DNA from: Vulcanimicrobiota bacterium
Lineage (GTDB): Bacteria; Vulcanimicrobiota; Vulcanimicrobiia; Vulcanimicrobiales; Vulcanimicrobiaceae
Reading direction: 5' to 3'
NCBI GenBank assembly: GCA_963786105.1
Contig: CAWAXX010000025.1
Location: 1-64,000 of the forward strand
Length of the DNA stretch: 64,000 nt
How positions within the stretch are numbered: position 1 is the first letter of the stretch; each line of letters begins with the position of its first letter. Made by a program: the position numbers and the translations under genes. This document shows positions 11,902-20,516 of this stretch, piece by piece. The notes beneath the pieces were generated by a model, which did no database searches, was not told the origin of the DNA, and was given only the letters and a program-made list of their open reading frames with translations.

Positions 11902-12420
11902 ATGACCAGCCACTCGGATATCCCCAGAATCGCGGCCGCATTTGCGGTAGATGCAGAACGCTTCGTTAGCTGGCTGGATTGCACGGCAACGGATGAAGGG
12001 TCTATTCTTAGTATGCGCGAGCTTCATGGGCTACTCGGCCTTCTGCAAGCTGCTGCGACTCGTCTTCCCGTGGTCGGCCCGGAAACCGAAACACTTCCTG
12101 ATGTGGAAGGAAGACTCAACCCTTCTTTTGCGGCTAAAATACGCGATAGGCTTCCAGTAAAGGCATACAGCGTCGTCTTCGACCCCCTCGAATTCGACCC
12201 GTCGGAGCGGACCTCACCGCAACCCGTTATAGCAATGATTGACGATGATTTAGGTGATATCTACGTGGAACTGATGACTGGCCTAGTCCTGTACCGCACC
12301 GGCCTGCACCAGGATGCTGTGTGGCAATGGCATTTCTCTTACTATACTCACTGGGGACGACATCTCAGCCATGTGCAATCCGCCATTTGGCAATACTTGT
12401 CAGCCGGTAATTGGCGATAG
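11902..12420 (+). CDS. DUF5063-like protein (cargo)
   Basis: DDLGDIYVEL...AVWQWHFSYYTHWGRH motif. Confidence 0.65.
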   Translation: MTSHSDIPRIAAAFAVDAERFVSWLDCTATDEGSILSMRELHGLLGLLQAAATRLPVVGPETETLPDVEGRLNPSFAAKIRDRLPVKAYSVVFDPLEFDPSERTSPQPVIAMIDDDLGDIYVELMTGLVLYRTGLHQDAVWQWHFSYYTHWGRHLSHVQSAIWQYLSAGNWR

Positions 12421-12441
12421 CCTCCCCAAAAAAGACCGCCA

Positions 12442-12475
12442 CCCCGCAGCCAAGCCGCCGATCGCGGCGCCATTG
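12442..12475 (+). repeat. Repeat A copy 4, fused directly to remnant B3
   Basis: ccccgcagccaagccgccgatcgcggcgccattg, whose last bases read IAAPL in the B3 frame. Confidence 0.85.
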
Positions 12476-13186
12476 ACGCACGAACTCGCCCTAACGCTTC
12501 CGCATTGGCGTGGATTGGTGCAACCGATCGCCGCACGGCTCGCGCAACTATTCCGTAATGCAACCACGGGCACGAACGTAAGGCGTCCAGCGCCTGTGAA
12601 ATCGCCGCTGGTCGTAACACCTCGCAAAGCCTCGCAGCCACGTCCCTACGCGGGCAAAGCCTGGAGCACGCCACGCCTGGAGACTTTGTCGAAGGCCGCG
12701 GCCTCGTGCGAGCTATGCAGCGGCCCGGTATTAAAGCGCAGGCGTCGGCATTGCGACGCGTGCATTCCCAAGGTGCGCCGGGCTCACGGCCTGCGAGCAA
12801 TCGAAGCCGCTCGCAAGGCGCTCGCAGCCCAAGCCGCAGAGGGCAACGATCCGCGCGCTAGCGATCGGGCCGGACGCAAGCGCGGTGCGGCCAATATCGA
12901 GCAGCATCGCCGAAATCGCGAATGGACGCGAGGCGCAACTGGCGCAACTGGCGCCGATCGCGATGCGGCATGGTTTTCGCGCGAGGTCCTGCCGAAGCTT
13001 GATGCTTTCACTTTAGCAGAGATCGCTAAGGCTTCGGGCTTATCGCTCGCGGCCTGCTCGCGCATCCGCGCTGGCGCTCGCGTGCCGCATCCGAGGCATT
13101 GGGAAGCCCTAGTCGCATTGGTCGGGCCGTGGGACCCGGCCAATAACTGCGCGAAGCAGTTTCGCAAAGACCACTCAACAGACTGA
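12461..13186 (+). pseudogene. Remnant B3: C-terminal ~240 aa of a probable solo-Cas1/casposase-like protein (Zn finger + HTH), catalytic N-terminus missing
   Basis: IAAPLTHELALTLPHWR...PIAARLAQ, CELC...CDAC, and REVLPKLDAFTLAEIAKASGLSLAACSRIRAGARVPHPRHWEAL. The Cas1 assignment is from recalled similarity to bacterial non-CRISPR Cas1 tails. Confidence 0.55.
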
Positions 13187-13241
13187 GGGAACAGTGACGC
13201 GATGCTAACGCTGCGTCGCAGACGGGCTTGGAATCCTTCGC

Positions 13242-14312
13242 ATGAACAATCCATTGCAGTCGATCATTCGCTGGATCGCAGTCGGTTCAACAGCAATGGT
13301 CACCAGCTGCTCCTCAGTATCACCTGGCAATCCGCCTGCGTTTAAAGCCACATCATTGATTAATGCCCAAACAGGATTCGGGCCCGAAGCGGACGTTCTT
13401 GAGCCTACGCTGCAGAGCCGCCATCATACGGGGCTGAAGCCATCATGGATGCGCTTGCGCGGTGATAAGAACAGCGGTGGAGGCTACACATACGTCACCG
13501 AAGAGTTTTGGAGAGAGTTTAATCAATATCCATTGAGCAATCCGCACAATGCTCCCCCCGTTTGCCAACTGGGGCCGGCGGTCGTTCAAAGAGGATTGGC
13601 CAGTGACGCAGCGGGCTATATCTACGTCGCTGCCTCTACCACTCAAGGCGACTGGGTGGGAGTTGTGACGTTTAAGAAAGATTGCGGAAGTGCTGGTCCC
13701 AGCTTCTTGGAAAGAGACGGCGTACCAGAAGATCCCGTGGTGGACGGCGCGACCCTCTACCTGACGAATATATGGGATGGCTATCAGAAACCCGTGCATA
13801 TCGACGTTTTCAACCTGAAGCACGGCCCGTACGTCTCTCGAAGGCTGTCTAGTCCGTTAGCAGCCGGAGGACTTTGGGGTTGCCGTGGACTCTCACCACA
13901 ACCTTTTTTGGTCAACGACTACGCCGAACATTGGCGGTGGACAGGTCGATTGAATTCGTCGGCGGTAGGGAGCACGGTCAAGTCTTGTCCGCCACGTTAA
14001 TCGGCACAGATTTTCCGGGTGGGGTCATAGTCGACCACTCAAACAATCTGCTCTTTATCGATCAAACGACAAGACAAAATTAAGATCTTTGCACCGCCCT
14101 ATGCTCGGGGTCCGCGATCCACAATTCAGCTCATGGGAACAGCAGTCTATTGCTCCCTTGGGCCGACCGAACGACGCCTATTCTGCCTCGACTACGAATA
14201 CGGCTCGGTTGATTTGTACTCGTACCCTCAAGGCGCGTATCTGTCTAGCTATTCCAATGGAATTGAAGTAAACCAAGATCCAATTGGTATTGTTACTGTG
14301 CCAGCTTCCTAG
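13242..14312 (+). CDS. Lipoprotein-like beta-propeller protein (cargo), frameshifted
   Basis: Signal ending VTSC, propeller-like GLASDAAGYIYVA and FPGGVIVDHSNNLLFIDQ segments across frames. Confidence 0.6.
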
Positions 14313-14443
14313 CTCGCGCCAAGTTGAAATCGCTACGCTTAATGCGTTGCGGCTTGGATCGCAGCGCCTTCGATTCGCCAGGGAAGGCTGAGCCGCTAGA
14401 AGGCGTAAAGCAACCAGCGGCACTGGCGATCGGCATCTAGCCG

Positions 14444-14514
14444 CCCTGCAGCCACGCCGCCTATTGCGGCGCCATTGCAGCTGCGAGCGCTTCGCATACC
14501 GGAAGCCTTACCTC
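14444..14514 (+). repeat. Repeat A copy 5
   Basis: ccctgcagccacgccgcctattgcggcgccattgcagctgcgagcgcttcgcataccggaagcctta. Confidence 0.9.
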
Positions 14515-14558
14515 GGCTTAACGGAATAAGATTTTGCACCACGAAGTCTTCTACAAGC

Positions 14559-14876
14559 ATGACTTCGGACAGTAATCGACCGCGACGAGGCGGTTATGGG
14601 AATCCCGCGTTCATTGGTGGAGTGCTTATTGGCGCGTTCTTGACGCTCGTTGGTATCCAGTTCTTACTGGTTCGATATGGGAATATCACGTCGCTACTTT
14701 GGCCTGTCGTCATTGTCGGCGTCTCGGCGCTGGGTTTACTATTCGCGCTAAGACACGCCCAACAGAATTCACGCTTCCTTGCTGGCGCATATGTAGGGCT
14801 TCTAAGTGGACCGCTTCTTGCCGCGGCTTTCGCTATCGTGATGTGGCTCCTTGTTCTGCTCGGCTGGGACGCTTGA
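14559..14876 (+). CDS. Small three-TM membrane protein (cargo)
   Basis: ATG at 14559, three hydrophobic segments, flanked by A5 and A6. Confidence 0.65.
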   Translation: MTSDSNRPRRGGYGNPAFIGGVLIGAFLTLVGIQFLLVRYGNITSLLWPVVIVGVSALGLLFALRHAQQNSRFLAGAYVGLLSGPLLAAAFAIVMWLLVLLGWDA

Positions 14877-14892
14877 CCCACTGCTGCTAGCA

Positions 14893-14986
14893 CCCGCACC
14901 CACGCCGCCGATCGTGGCGCCATCGCACCTGCGAGCGCCTCGCAGCACGGAAGCCTCGCCCTCAGCCACCCCGCAGCCAGGCCGCC
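14893..14986 (+). repeat. Repeat A copy 6 plus a restarted partial copy (14969-14986)
   Basis: cccgcacccacgccgccgatcgtggcgccatcgcacctgcgagcgcctcgcagcacggaagcctc...ccccgcagccaggccgcc. Confidence 0.9.
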
Positions 14987-15025
14987 AGGAGAGGGGGGCT
15001 CGTTTTGAAGTGCCTTAACTCCCTT

Positions 15026-15396
15026 CCCAGAAAGCAGCGACGCCGTGGCACTTCTTGTACTTCTTTCCACTAATTTCCACTGGGTCGCCTACGTAAGTTC
15101 CGCAGTCATCCTGCTACGCAGCATGGCGCGTACTGAACTCGCATACCAGGCCTTTCCGCGGTGCGGCCTGACGCCGCGGTCCGTGAGAAACCGAGCGATC
15201 TCGCGGAACGAACCGCCAGTAGTATCCAGGCGCATCGCTTCTCGGAGGGCTTCTTGTTCAAGTGGATCCGGAAGAAGGGCGTCGCCCTCGCGGCGATACC
15301 CAAAGGGCGTGGGCGCGTACGCGCGTCCGGAGTGGCGCTTGTGGGCCAATGCGGCCGATGTGCGCTCGGCGATAGCCTCACGCTCCCATTGGCCGA
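15026..15396 (-). pseudogene. Duplicate of the serine recombinase 3' half and its downstream flank
   Basis: Matches 20454-20824; two differences found by eye (15119, 15305), same peptide GQWEREAIAERT...MTAELT. Confidence 0.95.
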
Positions 15397-15810
15397 ACTG
15401 CGTCTGGATAGACCTTTTCTGTTTGTGCAGCGTCGATTTGATAAGAACGGCACGGCTGAGAACTGACGAACAAAAAATCGGGACCGCTCGGGTAAATCGA
15501 CCCATCGAGTCGCAAGATGACCTGTCCAGATACCGTGGCGCTTGAGCCGGCAAGGACAGCGCCAAAGAGCGACGTTAGCAAAAGGAGGCCGCGCCAGGTT
15601 GCCATTGGTTTTGCACTATTCACAAAGCACAGTTAAGCACTAGCCGCCCCCACACTTTTCCCAGCGCCGGGGATCCGTCTCGTACGGAGCAATGAGATGG
15701 AACCTCTCGGGATCGACGCCGACTGGATCTTCTCAGCGGATTTTTCCATGGCGCGCTTTTAGCCGTTCTCGTGCCGATTCACTTGTAACGGCTCAACGTC
15801 GGTATGGTTC

Positions 15811-15840
15811 GCGGATGCCGTTCAAGCGGATGCCGTTCAA
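15811..15840. repeat. Perfect 15-bp tandem duplication
   Basis: gcggatgccgttcaa x2. Confidence 0.9.
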
Positions 15841-15868
15841 AAGGAAGGGCCCAGCTAACACTTAGCCG

Positions 15869-15903
15869 CCTCGCAGCCAACCGACCGATCGTGGTGCCAT
15901 GCA
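15869..15903 (+). repeat. Repeat A copy 7 (short, fused to B4)
   Basis: cctcgcagccaaccgaccgatcgtggtgccatgca. Confidence 0.8.
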
Positions 15904-15904
15904 A

Positions 15905-16027
15905 CTAAGCCAAATCGCCAAGGTGACGGGTCTATCGCTCGCGGGCTGCTCGCGGATTCGCGCCGGGACTCGCATTCCGCATCCGAGGCATTGGGTGGCA
16001 CTGACAGGACTAGCCGAAACGCTTTAG
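15905..16027 (+). pseudogene. Remnant B4: 3' end of the HTH (Cas1-like) gene
   Basis: Manual translation: LSQIAKVTGLSLAGCSRIRAGTRIPHPRHWVALTGLAETL*. Confidence 0.85.
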
Positions 16028-16040
16028 CAACGATGGGAGC

Positions 16041-16832
16041 ATGAATCTTGAACGAGAACAGCCCGGGTACACGAAGGTTTACACGTTATGGGATGACGCG
16101 CTGGGCGTCAAGAGAATCCAAGAGGCGACACTGAATACCACTGACTACGGGATTTTGCAAGAGCATGGACTATTCGGAAGCCCGGAGTGGTGGTCAGCGA
16201 TAGATAACGGTGAATTGGCAGTCCATACAGTATATGGAACTATCTGCGATCTAGCGATGGAATCCATGAACGATTGGCCGACCTTTAAAATTCTCTGCGA
16301 CGATGGCACTGTAACGAAATCTATCACTCGCGAAAGATTGACAACGATATCGATATCAGACGACCTTTATCAAATCGGGCGACGGGTGATCTGGCAATAT
16401 ATCCACGTACGCCTTAAGAAACGAGTCGCCTTTCTCCCAGAACACGCTCCGCACACCGTGAGCATCTGGGTAGCATCCATCGAAATACTTTTTAGACCAG
16501 TTGGAGAAGAGGAACTCTCTCTGATAGCTGCATCCAACTTTTCTGCATTCCCGCCACGCCTGCCCGAGCAGCCAATATTCTACCCCGTTTGCAGCTCTCG
16601 CTATGCTGAAGAAATAGCGTCCAAGTGGAACACACCGCGGGGCTACGTAACAGAGTTCCAGGTCGCAAAAGCGTTCTTGGCAAAGTACGAGCGCCATCAA
16701 GTCGGCGGAAAGGAGCACGTCGAGTATTGGATCCCTGCGGAGGACCTCTCGCCCTTTAACAGGAGCATCGTAGGCAAGATCCGTGTTGTAAAGTCCTTCT
16801 CCCACACAACGGAAATTGCTCCCGCGCCCTAG
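16041..16832 (+). CDS. Two-domain cargo protein; C-terminal domain of the family often labelled 'ADP-ribosylation/crystallin J1'
   Basis: LFRPVGEEEL...FPPRLPEQPIFYPV...GYVTEF...HVEYWIPAEDL; N-terminal ~145 aa unrecognised. Confidence 0.65.
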   Translation: MNLEREQPGYTKVYTLWDDALGVKRIQEATLNTTDYGILQEHGLFGSPEWWSAIDNGELAVHTVYGTICDLAMESMNDWPTFKILCDDGTVTKSITRERLTTISISDDLYQIGRRVIWQYIHVRLKKRVAFLPEHAPHTVSIWVASIEILFRPVGEEELSLIAASNFSAFPPRLPEQPIFYPVCSSRYAEEIASKWNTPRGYVTEFQVAKAFLAKYERHQVGGKEHVEYWIPAEDLSPFNRSIVGKIRVVKSFSHTTEIAPAP

Positions 16833-16835
16833 TCG

Positions 16836-16910
16836 CCCCGCATCCATGCCGCCGATCGTGGCGCCATTGCAGCTGCGAGCGCCTCGCAGCACGGAGGCCC
16901 TAGTTCGCAG
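16836..16910 (+). repeat. Repeat A copy 8
   Basis: ccccgcatccatgccgccgatcgtggcgccattgcagctgcgagcgcctcgcagcacggaggccctagttcgcag. Confidence 0.9.
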
Positions 16911-16959
16911 TAGCCAAAAAGCGCCTCTGGCGCCCTTGGTTGAGTTGCAAACGCCGGAC

Positions 16960-17256
16960 CTAGTGAATGAACGATGCGATCGTCGTTAGCACATTGATTA
17001 GTCCGATTGTTATCGCTACTAACCCTACGAAAAATATCGTAATTCCATAACCAACGCGATTAAATCGCTCTCTGGGACTTGAAGTGGGTAACGGACGCGC
17101 ATTCATCCAAAGGAACGGTCTAAGGCATCGAGCACCTATGCTACCATTGGACTCCGCCCAATCGTACAACGTCAGTGGAGCGAAGCGGTTGAGCCCGATC
17201 GATAGCAAACAAAGACCTAATGGAATACCGAGCAGGCTACCAACGAAATTGACCAT
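16960..17256 (-). CDS. Small two-TM membrane protein (cargo, opposite orientation)
   Basis: 98 aa ORF between A8 and A9. Confidence 0.6.
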   Translation of the reverse strand: MVNFVGSLLGIPLGLCLLSIGLNRFAPLTLYDWAESNGSIGARCLRPFLWMNARPLPTSSPRERFNRVGYGITIFFVGLVAITIGLINVLTTIASFIH

Positions 17257-17325
17257 TAGCTTGTGTGTTTTTCAATCGCTCGAACCGCCCTGCCCCGCGT
17301 TTTCGCCATCTCGGGTCCCTAGCCG

Positions 17326-17399
17326 CTCCACGGCCAGCCGCCGATCGTGGCGCCGTTACAGCTGCGAGCGGCTCGAACAATGGAAACCTTGCTCGCAGC
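17326..17399 (+). repeat. Repeat A copy 9 (diverged)
   Basis: ctccacggccagccgccgatcgtggcgccgttacagctgcgagcggctcgaacaatggaaaccttgctcgcagc. Confidence 0.8.
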
Positions 17400-17442
17400 T
17401 TAGCGCGCCAAACCTCGAAGTCTTGGTGACCGACATCATTTT

Positions 17443-17478
17443 TTGATTCCCGTCGCTTATTTGATTCCCGTCGCTTAT
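17443..17478. repeat. Perfect 18-bp tandem duplication
   Basis: ttgattcccgtcgcttat x2. Confidence 0.9.
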
Positions 17479-17542
17479 ATGAAGGCGAAGGGGATTCGTT
17501 TACCCCGCTGAAGGCGCTCTACGATTCTCACCGTGCGAAGGA

Positions 17543-18899
17543 GTGACCATGAAACGACTCGCTCTCTTACTCGTTGCTGCGTTGGCGGCTTGCGGCTCGC
17601 CTTCGCAATCGGGTGCGCTGCCTGCCGGCTCTGCGTTTTCGGCTAAAGCAAATACTCCGACGAGCAGCCGGATCAAGCACGTTGTCGTCATCATTCAGGA
17701 GAACCGCAGCTTCGACAACATGTTCAATGGCTTTCCGAATGCCGATACGCAGTCGTACGGTTACGCAAACGAGAACGGTAAGGAGGTCAAAGTCTCTTTG
17801 AAGTCTCGGAGTTTTACCAAGGGCGATCTGGGAGACTTGCCGCACGGTTACGCTGCCAATATCGTCGATTACGACGGCGGCAAGATGGACGGATTCTACG
17901 AGTCGATGCAGAAGTGGCCACGCCCCGGCGAACCGTACACGTATCCGTACGCCTATTTAGACCGCACCGACGTAGCTCCGTATTGGACGATGGCGCAGCA
18001 ATACGTGCTCGCCGATAAGATGTTCGCCACCGAGTGGGGCGCAAGTTTTACCGCGCACATCGACCTCATCGCCGCTAACACGTGGCTCAACAACCAGAAG
18101 ACACTGGCGCTCGTCGATACTCCCTCGGTATCGCCGTGGGGCTGCGATTCGCCGCCGAAAACGACGACCCCGACGCTCGACAACAAGTCTCACCGCAACG
18201 TCAACGGGCCGTTCCCGTGCTTCACGCGCTATGCGACGCTGGCCAAACCGCTCGACAACAAGCACATCGCGTGGCGCTACTACGCGCCGCCGCTCAACTC
18301 CAAGGGGGACATCTATTCGACCTTCGACGCGATCAAATGGGTGCGTTACGGCAAGGATTGGAACAACGTCATCAGCCCGCAGACAAAGATTCTGCTCGAT
18401 GCTCCCAAACAGCTGGCGCCGGTGACGTGGATCGTGCCCACCGGTAAAGATTCGGATCATCCGGGACAGAAAAGCGACACGGGGCCGTCGTGGGTTGCCG
18501 ACATCGTCAATGCGATCGGCCAAAGCCCAAATTGGAAGGAACACGGCGATCATCGTGCTGTGGGACGACTGGGGCGGCTTTTACGATCACGTTCCGCCGC
18601 CGCAACTCGATTATTTGGGCCTGAGCTTCCGCGTGCCGATGATCGTCATCTCACCGTACGCCAAGAAGAACTACGTGTCGCACGTGCAATACGAGTTTGG
18701 CAGCGTCGTGAAGTTTATCGAGAACGTGTTCACATTGCCATCACTAGGGTTCACGGACGAGCGGGCGAACGGACTTTCCGACGCGTTCGATTTCTCGCAG
18801 AAGCCGCGAGCGTTCCAGAAGATACCGTGCAAATATCCGCCATCGCACTTCACCCACGCTCAGGTGCCTAATGGACCGCCCGACACTGACGAGAACTAG
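17543..18899 (+). CDS. Phosphoesterase / phospholipase C-family lipoprotein, one frameshift near 18540
   Basis: LAAC lipobox, IKHVVVIIQENRSFDN, WDDWGGFYDHV, FRVPMIVISPYAK. Confidence 0.9.
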
Positions 18900-18950
18900 C
18901 TAACGGACAAAGTCCGGCGGATGGAGTGGTGATTACGGTTGCCGCTGCCG

Positions 18951-18990
18951 CCCCGCAGCCACGCCACCGATCGTGGCGTCATTGCAGTTG
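18951..18990 (+). repeat. Repeat A copy 10
   Basis: ccccgcagccacgccaccgatcgtggcgtcattgcagttg. Confidence 0.9.
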
Positions 18991-19022
18991 AAACGGCCGC
19001 CTTTGCAAGCGATGACGCTTGG

Positions 19023-19090
19023 CGCGCGATGGATACAAGCCCGGCTCGTGGAACGAGCCTAGGCCGCGCTTCGTTGCGCGAAGAGAAGGG
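19023..19090 (+). repeat. Block C copy 2
   Basis: cgcgcgatgga...gctcgtggaacgagcctaggccgcgcttcgttgcgcgaagagaaggg. Confidence 0.8.
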
Positions 19091-19103
19091 AACGCTCGGC
19101 ACA

Positions 19104-20159
19104 ATGAAGGTTTTCGCTCTAGGCCGCTACGCTATAGGCGCCTGCGCTATAGCTTTGCTCGCAGCTTGTAGCAGCGGCGAATCGCAAGTAGCACCGTCCA
19201 TCAGTACCGTTCATGCGAACAAAACCATAGAAGCGAATCTATCGACGGCGAACCTTTATGTCGCAAACGGATACGGGAGTACCGTAACGGTTTACGCGCC
19301 GGGTGAAGTTTCGCCGTTGCGCACGATCGCGGAAGGCTTGACCGTGCCAGCGGCGCTGCTGTTTGATGCGAAAAGTAACCTCTACGTTGCCAACATTACC
19401 AATCCCGGAGGAACGGTTGCCGTTTATCCACCAGGTAGCATTTACCCTAAGAGGACCATTTCTCAAGGAGTGGCGGGTGCGGACGCTTTGGCCACCGACG
19501 CAAGACGGCGGCTTTATGTGGCTAATTTGATACCCGGAGCCGGAAACGTCGCGGTTTATCCGCCTAAACACGCGACTGCCAGCAAAACGATAACCGATGG
19601 AATCTCAGCCCCGGCCCAATTGCTGTTAAATCAGAGCGGCGATTTGTACGTCGTTAACGCCGATGGGTTTGTCACGATTTATGGTGGTACTGGTATGCAC
19701 TTAAAGCAAACCATTACGGTCGGGCTAACGACACCAATTGCGGGGGCATTTAGTCCTAGCGGCGATCTCTATGTCGTGAATTGCGGCAGACTCTGCAACA
19801 GGTTTGATGGTACCGGCAGTGTCGTTGTATTCGACTCGACGGGGTCACTTATTCAGACGATTAAGAAAGGCATTAACAATCCACATGCCCTGGCTTTCGA
19901 CGCGGCTGGCGATTTATATGTAGGAAACGCGAAGAACATAACCGTCTACGCCCCGGGAAGCAAAGATGTGCAACGAACTATCTCGTCTAACGTCTACAAA
20001 CCCGACGCCCTCGCGCTCGATGCTGCAGGGAATCTGTTGGTCGCCAACACCGGACCTAGCCAGGGCTCAATAACAGAGTACGCCGCCGGCACGGGCTCCC
20101 TCATTCTTACCATCATCGATGGCATAGACTACCCACGCGCATTGCTGTTCGGACCTTGA
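19104..20159 (+). CDS. NHL-repeat beta-propeller lipoprotein (cargo)
   Basis: MKVFALGRYAIGACAIALLAAC lipobox and about seven LYVAN/LYVVN repeats. Confidence 0.85.
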   Translation: MKVFALGRYAIGACAIALLAACSSGESQVAPSISTVHANKTIEANLSTANLYVANGYGSTVTVYAPGEVSPLRTIAEGLTVPAALLFDAKSNLYVANITNPGGTVAVYPPGSIYPKRTISQGVAGADALATDARRRLYVANLIPGAGNVAVYPPKHATASKTITDGISAPAQLLLNQSGDLYVVNADGFVTIYGGTGMHLKQTITVGLTTPIAGAFSPSGDLYVVNCGRLCNRFDGTGSVVVFDSTGSLIQTIKKGINNPHALAFDAAGDLYVGNAKNITVYAPGSKDVQRTISSNVYKPDALALDAAGNLLVANTGPSQGSITEYAAGTGSLILTIIDGIDYPRALLFGP

Positions 20160-20516
20160 ATGGCGCCGGGCGCCTGACAGTGTTCTGCAGTGGACCTAGC
20201 CCGCCCTGATGGAACGCCCTAAGCATGCATCGCCAGCTATCGCGAAAAAGCCTTATGGCACATAGCGTTGTTCGACTCGTGGCGGTCTTTGCAAACGCGA
20301 ATGCAAACTTTGCACGAGCCGCGCGCGAGGCCGGCAGATCGCGCGACATGCCGAAAAGGCCTTATTCTATAGGCTTTTAGCGCGATCGACGCCCCGAGCC
20401 GAGAGCCGAGCGCGAGGGAGGGGGTGGCGCCGTTTCAGGGCCCTTCCTCTATGCCCAGAAAGCAGCGACGCCGTGGCACTTCTTGTACTTCTTTCCACTA
20501 ATTTCCACTGGGTCGC

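Noticed and set aside
15400..15800. ORF 15378..15623 as a cargo gene
   Set aside because: It has a signal-like start but is short and cut by the recombinase duplicate, so it cannot be supported.
8542..18990. Repeat A as a CRISPR array
   Set aside because: Spacing is hundreds to thousands of bp with whole genes between, the copies are degenerate, and no cas operon is present.
8542..18990. Repeat A as integron attC sites
   Set aside because: No consistent RYYYAAC...GTTRRRY ends, no tyrosine integrase, and cargo occurs in both orientations.
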